A stretch of DNA of 64,000 nucleotides, from the NCBI RefSeq assembly GCF_006345805.1, contig NC_042999.1, positions 112,406,001-112,470,000 on the forward strand, read 5' to 3'. Shown here one piece after another: positions 38,675 through 50,681 of this stretch. The DNA is from Octopus sinensis (Eukaryota). The first letter of the stretch is position 1, and every line of letters starts with the position of its first letter. A model generated the notes under the pieces. The model was not told where the DNA came from and ran no database searches. It was given only the letters and a program-made list of their open reading frames with translations. The position numbers and the translations under genes were made by a program.

Positions 38675-38805
38675 GGTATGTATATATACATATATGATAT
38701 ATAAATATATTATAAATCTGCATATGTAGCACATATATATGTATACATGTACTACATATATATATATGTGTGTGTGTGTGTGTTTGTGTGTATGTATGTG
38801 TATAT

Positions 38806-38868
<63 letters not shown>

Positions 38869-39558
38869 TACATACATACAACACACTTATATATACCTAC
38901 ATACATCCATATATATAGATAGAGAGAGAGAATATAGAGAGGGAGTGAGTGAAAGAAAGAGAATGATAGAGTGCACATATATGATTACTTATGTGATATA
39001 TTTATATAACCACACACACACTCACACACACACACATACAGAGAGCAAGAAAAAAGTGAATAAAAGAGAGACACGCACAAACACATGCAATGTTTCTTCT
39101 CCATTCTTTTTAAATTACTAACTATATGTTCATCAAGAAATAATCATCCATTATGACACCATCATCAAATGCCCCCTCCATCACCTGCCTCAACAAACAC
39201 AATTCCTTCATTCTCTGTTATTTTATCAACTTTGGCCAAAAGCCAAACGGTTCGCTGATGCTGATCCAATTTCATTGCCCACGTTTTTCCTCATATAAAG
39301 ATATATTTAATTACAGTTCCAATCCAATATTGACTGTGCTATCAGTGAAAATATATTTTCAATGAAACAATGAAAGAAATAAAACAATATAGGAGTAAAT
39401 TTTAAATTAAAATTTTGAAAAAGAGAAAAAAAATCTGAAATTGAAAATAAAAATAATATGTATTATCACTTATAAAAATGCTATCACCGCTATTTATGTG
39501 AGTATGTACATATGCATTAGTGTGTGTTTGTGTTTGTGTATGTGTGTGATGTGCATGC

Positions 39559-39598
<40 letters not shown>

Positions 39599-40399
39599 AT
39601 AAGAGAGAGATAGAGGGCAGATATATGTTAACACTGACTAGACAAAATATTGATGATAAATAAAAGTGGGAGAAGGAAGAGGTGGAGAAGTGTGGAGAGG
39701 GATAGAAAAAGAGAAAAGGGGGAGGAGAAGCGTGAGTTGAGGATGATGATGCTGGTGATGATGATTATGGTGATGAAGATGTGGATGAAGAGGATGATGT
39801 GATTATGACAACAATGACAACAACCACGACACTGATGAAAATGATAACTACAACACTATTAACAACAACAATGATAATATGATAAAGATGATGGTGATAA
39901 TAATAATGGTGGTGAGTTAAGAAAACCAAGAAGTGATGTAGACAAATGAACCAAACCTCATAGACTACTGGTATTTAATTTATTGGTTCAATCCCCCTAA
40001 AGAAAGCAGATCTGAATTGTGAATGCATAAGTCAGAAAATAACTACAATAATGAATTATTCCAATTCACATGTAGCATCAGTTATAGAGAAGTGATGGAA
40101 TTAAAAAGCTATGTCTGAAATTGTATCCTGTATATTTTAAAAGGACTAAAATGATATTTATCATTAAGTTGTTTCAAATAAAACTCTTTATGTGTACTAA
40201 TTATGCATTGAATATATTAACACTAACTTATTAAGATATGTTTTAATTGACAATGCTCATGATGACCAATTCTTAGTAAGAATCTCCTAATACCATCCTG
40301 CGATTTTAGTGGAAACATTTACATCATTGTTGCTGCAGCTATTGCTGTTGTTGTTGTGGTCATCGTCATCTTTGATACTTGGTTGAAGAAATGATTGTC

Positions 40400-41710
40400 G
40401 CCATTGAACCTTGGTCAAAGAATGGATTGTCATCAAACTTGGTGACAATCCTCTCTTCAACCACCATGTAGCAGTTTGCCTGCCAATCCAGCCCAGCCTT
40501 TTTTCCACAGAAGAGCTTCAAATACTTAAAAACAATTAAAAAATAACAGCCATCATCTAGAAAAGTCCACTGTCCTGCAAACATATTCCACTTTCAATGT
40601 AAAGTAATTTTTACCTGTCTCAGAATTACAGAGGATTTACACTCTCATCTCTAGTTTAAAAACATCGACAACTCTATGCTCTTTAATATAATTTCATCAC
40701 ATATTGATCCCATCCTACAGTGAAACCAAAATAGCTTCCACAAAAGCCAATCAACATTACCACAGATCTTTGCCTTTAGATGAGTCACAAAAGAACTCAA
40801 GATATCAAACAACTAGCACTAATTGTATTTGTGGATATCTTCAAGACATTTGATAGTTTCAACAGAAAGGCCATGATTCTTTTCCTGTGAATCTATAGTA
40901 TTCCAGATCAGATTGTTGAAGCCATCACTATCATGTGCAAAAATTCAAGCTTTGTGAAAAGCACTGATAGTGCAACTATACAATTTCCAATAACAGTAGG
41001 GATGTTTCAAGGTGACACCCTGGTTCCTTTTCCATTTGTGATTGTAGTCAATTACATCCTTAAGTAAAATGTTGACTCAATCTGAGACAAATACCTCACT
41101 ACAAACAAATTTAGTCTGTTTTCAATGCAAAGAAGTCTTCATACATGATCATCAGTGAAGATGAAGGCCACAAAACAATGTGTTCTAATGATGGTTCACA
41201 ACTGAAAGAGAACAGTAACCTCAAATTCCTGAGAAAAAGAAAGACTTTATGTCATACAAGGAACAAGACTGGAATGCCAGTAAAAAAAAGGTCCAAAGCT
41301 TCTGGAAATTGAGTATTTGAAATCAGCAAGGCCAGCCTTCTTCAGAATATATGTAGAAAGTATTCTTCTCTATGGAACCAAAACCTGAGCTGTGATGTAG
41401 GAGCTTCAAGACCATTTCCATGGTAAGTATGCCAGGAGGCATGAGAGCTCAAAATATTTCATGGCCTGAGCACAAGACAAAAACAGAGGTTTATGAACAC
41501 AACACACCAATCACAATTGTTACTCAATAAAGATGGACTTTACTGGTCACTGCTACCATGCTGAACAACGCACCGTGTTTGATGTTACATTTTGGAGATT
41601 TCTGCACCTTGATAGAGGATGAAGACCACTCATCTACGTTGATGTTATGTACAGAAACGCACAATATGAAATTGAGGATCTGCCAGAGCTAAAGCAGTAG
41701 GGAGAGAGAT
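40400..41710 (+). pseudogene. Decayed RTE-clade LINE (RT domain to C-terminus)
   Basis: QNYRGFTLSS, NQNSFHKSQSTLPQIFAFR, FVDIFKTFDS, GMFQGDTLVPFPFVIVVNYIL, FRIYVESILLYGTKT, RG*RPLIYVDV; many stops and indels. Confidence 0.85.
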
Positions 41711-42182
41711 TCCTGACACATCATTGAGAGATCATCTCAGTTGCAGCTGCTTGAAGAAGTTTACCCTTCCAGGAATTTGAATCTAGAGAGTGAAATGCTA
41801 AATTAGTTAGATCCAATTTCAACATTCTACTATCATTGCACTGACTATGTCCACCACCTTTTGGACTGATAATGTTAATGCTATTCTTTAGCCACAAGTC
41901 AACCCTTGTCAAGCAGACCTATAATCAAAGGCAATCAAGACATGGCCATCTCTTCTCACTATGCCATCACCTAATATAAAACAGTTAGGTATTAAATTAT
42001 GGCAATTTGGCTGCTTACCTCAAATGACTAAGTACAGGCCACCTTGTTGGTTCAGTAGACAACCTAATGTAGACAACCTACATTAACATTTTGAAATAAG
42101 GTACTTAAGCAATGATTATGTGAACATTATACTATGCATATATGAAACTTAGCCAATGGCTTCATGAAATATAGACAGTAGA

Positions 42183-42375
42183 TATGTCAGATTTAGACCA
42201 TGAGTATGTTGAACTTAGACTATGAATATATTAAACTTCAACCATGAATACATTAAACTTAGATTATGAAAAAATAAAATTTATCTTGTAAATATATCAA
42301 ACTTAGACACATAAGAAACTTAGTGAATACATGAAATATATCCAATGAATATATCAAATTTAGACTGTGAATAAA
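42183..42375. repeat. Degenerate ~22-bp minisatellite (AACTTAGACTATGAATATATTA)
   Basis: About 8 diverged units visible. Confidence 0.7.
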
Positions 42376-42885
42376 TGAATACGTCTGTGAAAGTACCAGT
42401 TGTAAAATTATGTATAAATAAAAGTGGAAATTTTACAGTGGAAATATATGATTTAAATAGTTAAATAATGGGAAAAGAAAATAAGAAAAAAATTTCATAG
42501 GTAACTTGATTGTAATTTTCGTGGTAGGTGGTTAAAAGAAAATATTTAAAAAAAACCATATGCACCCACATGTAAACATATACACACACAAATATACAAA
42601 CATAAATACACACACACATAAATATACACATGCATACAAGCATACAAACCATCACTGCAATGAAATCGCAGTGTGAAATCACAGTTCCATAGGAGCATAT
42701 AGCAAGAGAAATAACGGGGTGCACTTATTGGTAACAAGCATGTCTGTCTCCTCTAAGGAAAACAGTAAACTGACATTCCAACAATGAAACATCAAAACTA
42801 ACTGCCGTAACTTAATTAAAGCCATTGTTCCTTAATATCACATCTTTAAAACCTACATTGAAAACAAATCATTCTTCTTTTCCTT

Positions 42886-42961
42886 TTATTTCTTCTTCTT
42901 CTTCTTCTTCTTCTTCTTCTTCTTCTTCTTCTTCTTCTTCTTCTTCTTCTTCTTCTTCTTG
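42886..42961. repeat. (CTT)n trinucleotide array
   Basis: Read directly. Confidence 0.97.
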
Positions 42962-44193
42962 TCCTTGTTGTTTTGTTCTTACATGTTTGTGCTTGTGTGT
43001 GTGTGTGTATGTTTATACTTCTGTGTGTGTGTGTGTGTGTGTCTGTGTCTGTTTCAGTTTCTTGTTTATTTTCATTGTTGTAATTGTCATAATTGTTTTT
43101 TGTTTGTTATTATTTTCATTGTTTTTTTCTTTGTTGTTGTTGTTAATTTTTGTTTTGCTATGTTTTGTTGTTGTTTTTTCTTTTTTGTTTTCTTTTTTGT
43201 TGTTGTTGTTGGTTTTTTTTTGTTGTTTTTTTTTTACTTCTATTCGCTAAGAGAATTATGATTCTGAAATTATAGCTCTCAGATGCAAAATATTCTCTGA
43301 AAGTAAGCATTCATGTTTACAATATACCTATCAATGAATAGGGACTCTATTTAATCAAGAAGAAAGATTGTTTATTTTCATTCAATCATCATTCACCAAC
43401 GATGTCTACATGTACAATAAGTCTATTTTCATTCTCAATTAGCCAAAAATTCAATAGAATTCTTCTATTCTTTAGATTTTCAAGAAATTAGGTCAATATG
43501 GCATAAACAATATCAACATTTTTACATAAATTGTTTTATCTTCCCATCTGAATATGAATTTCAAACCACAGAGAGTTTATTTATTTATTTATTTATTCAT
43601 TCATTAAGTTCAAACTATATTATCTATGTTTGTTATGTTATGCTATTTGCTTTTCAGTTGTGTGTTTTTTTAATGTTGATTAATCTTTTTTTTTTTAGGT
43701 TTTCTTCGTATGTGTGTGTGTATGTCTATATGTATTTAATTTTCTATTATCTTATATGGTTTTCAGTATCAGATTTTGGTAGAACATTTTTCTCGTTTAC
43801 GTTCAATTTTATAATTACTTTTCATTCATCTTGTTCGTGCAGAAGTAATCCTGTCATTACATATCACAACAGGTACAAACGGAGAGAATTTTATATTATT
43901 ACACCTCGTATGGGAACAGTTCTATGAAGTCACCAATATTTCCAGCATTCATATATAGCTCAAACATATACATACATACACCACATAAATATATATACAT
44001 ACAGATATATATATATATATACACAAATATATATATATATATATATGTATGTACATATATATATATTATAATATATATATATAATATATATATATACATA
44101 CATATATATATATATATAATATATATATATAATATATAATATATATATATACATATACATACATGTAAAGAGGGAAAATAATCTTCAAAAGAG

Positions 44194-44237
<44 letters not shown>

Positions 44238-44292
44238 GTATATTTGCACTCATATTTATACAAGTGTGTGTGTACATGTATGTATATGCCTA

Positions 44293-44402
<110 letters not shown>

Positions 44403-44784
44403 GTATTTGTTTTCAGACAAGATAAGCATCCATACATAAAGCTACATATTCACATATATATTTGCATATATATGTTTATATATATATAGAAAGATAGATA
44501 GAAAACTAAATAGATAAATACAGACATACATATATACATGCACACATGCATTTACAATATACGGTGTTTTATATGTGTATGGGTAGTGTTACGTAAGTAT
44601 ATAACACCATCTCACATCAAATTACTTGCCAGACAAGTGTATCATCAATCAATCAATCAATATGTGTGTGTGTATTATATTATGTTATATGAATTATATT
44701 GTATTATATGTATTAGATCTTATCATATATATATATATCATATTATATATATATATATATTATATTACATTATATCTTATATTG

Positions 44785-44832
<48 letters not shown>

Positions 44833-45076
44833 ATATATATAATATATACACACACATATAATAGAGTTTTTTAAGTGATGTACAGATATTGTACACATTT
44901 ATATATATACACATACACATATGAATATATATATATATATATATACACATATATGCATATATATATGCAGATATATATATGCATAAATATATATACACAC
45001 GCTATATATCTATATGCATTATATATACATACGTATATATGTATATACACACATACACAGAACATATATGCTTATG

Positions 45077-45135
<59 letters not shown>

Positions 45136-45778
45136 AATATAGTATATATGTATACATGCACATATATGCTACAAATACATATGCAAACGAATACATAGAT
45201 ACATGCATGTACATATAGATTTCATATATAATTATACAGATGAATGAAGGTAATGGCAAAAGAAAGACAAAACTGATAGATAAATTCAAACCCATACGAG
45301 ATGGGGCTGAATATATTTATATTCTTTTTTCATCATTGTATCTGAGTAAGAAATATAATGATAATGTACCAAACATATATATCTTCATATATTCTTGTAA
45401 TAATTAATTACACGAACACAATAAGCTGTATATGTGGTCTGCATACCAATGTGTGTGGTGTGTGTGTGTGTGTGTATGTGTGTGTGTGTGTGTGTTGCAT
45501 GTGTGTGTGTGTAACCAAGTATATGGAGAGTAATACCTCAGTTCTTGTCCCTGTATAATCTTACTCAGAGACGTTCGCAAACACTTATACAAACGCACTC
45601 AACATATGTAGCGAGCATGTTTTTGTGTTTTTGTGCCTGGAATCATGAACATCAAACACAATTTTGGATACTTGCATGTGCATGTGAATATGTATATATG
45701 GTCATACACAACATATATATATATACATATGCATACACACTCACGCACACATATATACAATTATATATATATAAATAC

Positions 45779-45852
<74 letters not shown>

Positions 45853-46047
45853 CACAAACAATGAAGTGTTTGAAACTTTCCACCATTGCAATTGAATGTC
45901 TTCAGTGGTCCATCTGTAAATGGCATCAAGGTCCTTCTGTAAGTTTTTTACATTACATCATCAGAACTCTTCAATTCCTTTGATGTTTTGGTCTCATTAG
46001 CAGAACTACTAACAGTGACTGTTCTAATAATTATGTGTATGTATAGG

Positions 46048-46065
46048 CATCTATCTATCTATCTG

Positions 46066-46144
<79 letters not shown>

Positions 46145-46165
46145 GTCTGTCTATTGATCTATTTT

Positions 46166-46245
<80 letters not shown>

Positions 46246-46267
46246 CTTATCTAACTATCTATCTATA

Positions 46268-46337
<70 letters not shown>

Positions 46338-46345
46338 CTTATCTA
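46048..46345. repeat. (TATC)n array, upstream flank of the Tx1 tandem
   Basis: Read directly; contains the variant unit TACTTATCTAACTATC near 46245 and ends in TACTTATCTA. Confidence 0.97.
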
Positions 46346-49300
46346 GTCTGCACCACACACTCAAAGGCATTTTCCCCAGTGCGGTTGGTAAATGCCAAAA
46401 ATATCTCACAAAGAAACTGTACTGGGATCTTCTCGAGGACAAACCAACGGAGGAGAAAGCAAAAACTTTCGAGCAGTAAGTAACCCTCTGTATTCTAATT
46501 CATTAGAACTATGATCAAGATTGGTTGTGTAAATGCGCGTGGCTTGGGGTCCCCTAGGAAACAAGGGTACCTCTTAAATGACATAAAGTCACATAAGTTA
46601 GAAATCATAGCCATAAGCGAGACCAGACTCCACAATCCGCGGGCCCTAAAGACCATGTTTGGCGGACAGTTCAACATTTATTTTTCCCCCTGTCTGCCGA
46701 GAATGGGCGGTAGTGGCACCGCGGTACTTTTTCACAAGAGTCTGGATCTTAATGTAAGGACAATATTCGTAGACCCGGAGGGTAGACTGGTCGTCCTGGA
46801 TGTCGACGGCAGCAATGGGTGCGCTTTTCGGCTCGTATCAGTTTACGCACCGCCCTTAACAGGTCGGGCGGATTTCTTTCAACGTCTAGAAGTTTTCTTG
46901 GGAACGTCTCGTCCTTTACTCTTAGTGGGGGATTGGAATGCTACCTTGGACACGCATGTAGACTACGTGGGTAGAGATAGGAATAGACGGGGATGCAAAT
47001 GCCTCAGAGACCTGCTCAGACGCTTTCAACTGTCTGACAGGTTTGACTAGACCACCCGAATGCGCCAACGTGGACATGGAGCAACCGCATCGGGTCGTCG
47101 AGATCGTATCTAGATAGGATACTGTGTAGGACAGTAGATAGAGATAGCATAGGATGTCCACAATTCCACATAGTCAGCTACACGGATCACAAACTTGTGA
47201 CATGTACGCTAGACTTAGGTAAGACACTTAGGCAGGGTCCCGGATACTGGAAACTAAACGCGTCTTTCCCATCGAGACAAGTTTTCAGAGACGGATTAGC
47301 ACACTAGTAAAGAGGGCTTTGACGGGAGCCATCATCAACAACAAATGGTGGTTTGCCCTCAAGAGAGCAGTAAAAGCAGAAGCGATTAGGTACAGCAAAG
47401 CACTAGCCATAGATAGAAATAGAGTAGAGGGTGAGCTAGTTAAGAAGCTAGAAGAGGCAATTAGAAGCGGCATCGCATCCAACGTTTTGGCGGCGAGGTT
47501 GGGCCTCGACCAACACTTCAACGCCAAACACGAAGGATGTGCTGTCAGAGCTAGGATGCGTGCTCTAAGGAACGAAGGTGTTGGAGCCGCGAGAGAGGCC
47601 GGGGTGGCAGAGGCGCAACAGGGCAACAAAGCCACCATTCGGTCACTGGTAGATGAACAGGGGCGCGAATTGCTCGAGCCAAGTAAAATGTGTGAGGCCT
47701 TTCAGCAGCATTTTGCCCGACTGTTCGGAACGAGTGGAGGGCAAGAACGTAGGGTGGACTTCAGTGCCTACCTACATAGCCTACCACGACTCTCGACAAG
47801 AAAGGCAGGGTGCTGCGAAGGTGCCATCACGGCGGCGGAAGTGCGGGAAGCGATGGCAGAATGCTCGAGGGACAAATCACCGGGTTTGGATGGTCTACCC
47901 TACGAGCTTTACAATTGTATGCCAGACTTGTTTGGAGATCTCTTGGCGGCGGTGTACTGCAACTGGCAGCAAAACGGGAGCATTCCTGGTTTTGTGAGCC
48001 GAGGAGCCGTAACACTGCTGAAGAAAGATCTAAACAAGGGAAATGTAATAGATAACTTTAGGCCCATCACTCTGCTTAATGCAGACTTGAAAATTTTGGC
48101 CAAGGTGCTAGCCAAGAGGTTGGCGCTTGTCATCGAGAAACTGGTCGACAAGGCGCAAACATGCGCCGTGCCAGCGGACGGACCATCCATGACAACCTCC
48201 ATCTGATGCGCTACATCATAGACAGGGTAGTTAACGAACCTGGCATGGGTGGGGCCCTGATCAACTTGGATCAATCGAAAGCCTTTGATAGGGTAGACCA
48301 TCGATACTTGGAGGCAGTCCTGAGAGCGGCTGGTTTCGGTCCCGTCTTCCGCGGCTGGATAGCTGCCTTGTACAGAGGCATCCGTTCGGTAATTCGCGTA
48401 AATGGACATCTATCGAGACCTTTCGACATTGCACGTTCGGTCCGTCAGGGATGCCCCTCTCGGCGCTTCTATACGTATTGACTCTTGAGCCACTACTGCG
48501 GAAGCTGGCGACTCTAAGGGGCATCCCGCGAGAATTGGGATGCGGGACGAGCGTGTCTGCATACGCGGACGACGTCACCGTCATAGTGTCTAGCCACGAG
48601 CACATCGAGCTGGTCGGCGAGACACTGAAAAACTACGAAGCGGTGACAGGAGCGAAAATCAACCGGGAAAAGTCAGTGGGCTTGCGACTAGGCACCTGGA
48701 GAAGCAAGCCCATGCCGTCCACCAGCGCCTCCGTCGTGGGACGCTGGACTGACGGCCCGGTTGAGTTGCTCGGGGTCTGGTTTGGTCCGGACCTCCAAGT
48801 GGAGAAGAACTGGAACGAGATAACGAGTAGGGTGGTCACTCTCGCCCGGCAATGGGCCGAGAGGAAACTGTCCCTAAAAGGTCGAGCGGAGGTGGCGAAC
48901 ACGTACATCGCGTCCGTCATCTACTACCGCCTGACCGTCGTACCTTGTCCCGACCCTACCATCACCAAACTACAACGCATCCTCTTTCGCTTCTTGTGGA
49001 AAGGATGCGTCCCGATGGTCAGGCGATCCATTTGCTGTCAACACCCGTTAAAAGGAGGGCTGGGCATGCCGTGGTTGATGATGCGCAGACACGCGCTGAG
49101 ACTGCGACATCTCTGGCTCTATGTAGACGACGGTGAACAGGTGTGGTCGCCGTTGTGAGGCACGCTTTCCCGCAGCTCGTCTCCATGACCGAACTGCAGT
49201 CGTGGATCAAAAAGAGGCCGAGGAAGGGCGAATGGCACCGCGAGTGTCGCGTTGCTCTCAAGCAACTCTGCCGTCCTGGGTCGACCTTAAGTGACTTCAA

Positions 49301-50343
49301 CACACAACCAAAGCATTCTATAGGGGTTTAGTGGAGGGGAGGTACGACGACGAGCTCGGGGTGAACCTGGACGTCGACGAGGAGTACCTGACCCGCCTGT
49401 TCGGGACGACTTTCGGGCCAGGGCCCATGGACAACTTCCAGAGATCCCTGGCCTGGCAGTGCTACCGAGAAGCGCTACCCGTTCGGGATAAGCTCTACAG
49501 ACACGGCTCGAGAAACACGGGGCCGACCTGCCCGAGATGCGGTCAGAGCGACGAAACCGTTCTGCACGCACTCGTTCAGTGTCCAACAATTTCCGACCTG
49601 TGGGCTTATGTCGAACAACTGCTGTCACGTGTGGGACGAGTCGGTTTATCAGCTGAGTCTATCGTCAATATTGTCACGCCTCCTTCCTTCAAACGGGAAG
49701 GAAGAGCTATTTTCATCATCCTTGTGGCTATGGCGAAAGAATGTATCTGGTGGACGCGTCTGAAAGGATTGGAGACAAACACTTTCCTCTCTGGTCAATC
49801 TCTCATCAACTTCTTCAAGTACCACTTGAAAAGGAAAGTGAGAGTAGAGAGGCAAGTTTTGTCTAGCGAATGTTTTAAAAAAAGATGGGTGAATGTAGCA
49901 AGAATGGCACGTATGAATGACGAAGCCACCTTGAGCATAGTCCTATGAACCCAGAAATCGAAAACAGAGAGTTGCTTATTTGCAAAAAAAAAAAAAAAAA
50001 AAAAGAAATATAAAATGTGACTTCATTGACCGAGGTTACCGTGGTCTTTTCCGCAGGCTTTTCTTTCCACGGGTAAACCTCACCTGTCCTCCCCTTACAC
50101 TTCATATTGACATTCTGTGATAACGATCCCTATTGATCATTTTTTTTTCCTCCCCCCCCCTTTTTTTTTTTTTTTTTTTTAACCCCCCTTATTTTTGTCC
50201 TCTTTCACTCCTTTTACGATCCCTTTTGATCGAACCTCCCCCTTCCATTTTTTTTTTTTTTTTTTTTAATACCTTCAAAAGAAAAGCTCTACCTTGTAAT
50301 TTGTTCTATCTGTGTGCAGCCCTGTGTGGCTAATAAAGAAACA
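46346..50343 (+). mobile_element. Tx1/L1-clade non-LTR retrotransposon, copy 1 (5'-truncated in ORF1, complete ORF2 and 3' UTR)
   Basis: Putative ORF1 tail (..YWDLLEDKPTEEKAKTFEQ*), ORF2, ~390-bp 3' UTR with A, T and C tracts, ending AATAAAGAAACA directly before TATCTAT; no poly(A). Confidence 0.93.
46511..49948 (+). pseudogene. ORF2: AP endonuclease, reverse transcriptase, C-terminal zinc knuckle; about six frameshifts
   Basis: MIKIGCVNARGL..ISETR, VYAPP, LVGDWNA, KSPGLDGLP, NFRPITLLNADLKILAK, LDQSKAFDRVDH, VRQGCP, AYADDVT, CPRCGQSDETVLHALVQC. Confidence 0.93.
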
Positions 50344-50351
50344 TATCTATA

Positions 50352-50393
<42 letters not shown>

Positions 50394-50435
50394 CTTATCT
50401 AACTATCTATCTATATATCTATCTATCTATCTATA

Positions 50436-50490
<55 letters not shown>

Positions 50491-50558
50491 ATATCTATCT
50501 ATCTATCTACTTATCTAACTATCTATCTATATATCTATCTATCTATCTATATATATAT

Positions 50559-50594
<36 letters not shown>

Positions 50595-50640
50595 CTTATC
50601 TAACTATCTATCTATATATATATCTATCTATCTATCTATA

Positions 50641-50671
<31 letters not shown>

Positions 50672-50681
50672 ATATCTATCT
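50344..50681. repeat. (TATC)n array separating the two Tx1 copies
   Basis: Read directly; three TACTTATCTAACTATC variant units. Confidence 0.97.

Noticed and set aside
40400-40500. WIVIKLGDNPLFNHHVAVCLP, reminiscent of trypsin-like proteases
   Set aside because: Continues into LPIQPSLFSTEELQ and then RT motifs; it is the pre-RT linker of the decayed RTE.
42183-42375. 22-bp repeats as a CRISPR array
   Set aside because: No spacers, degenerate units, eukaryotic context, no cas genes.
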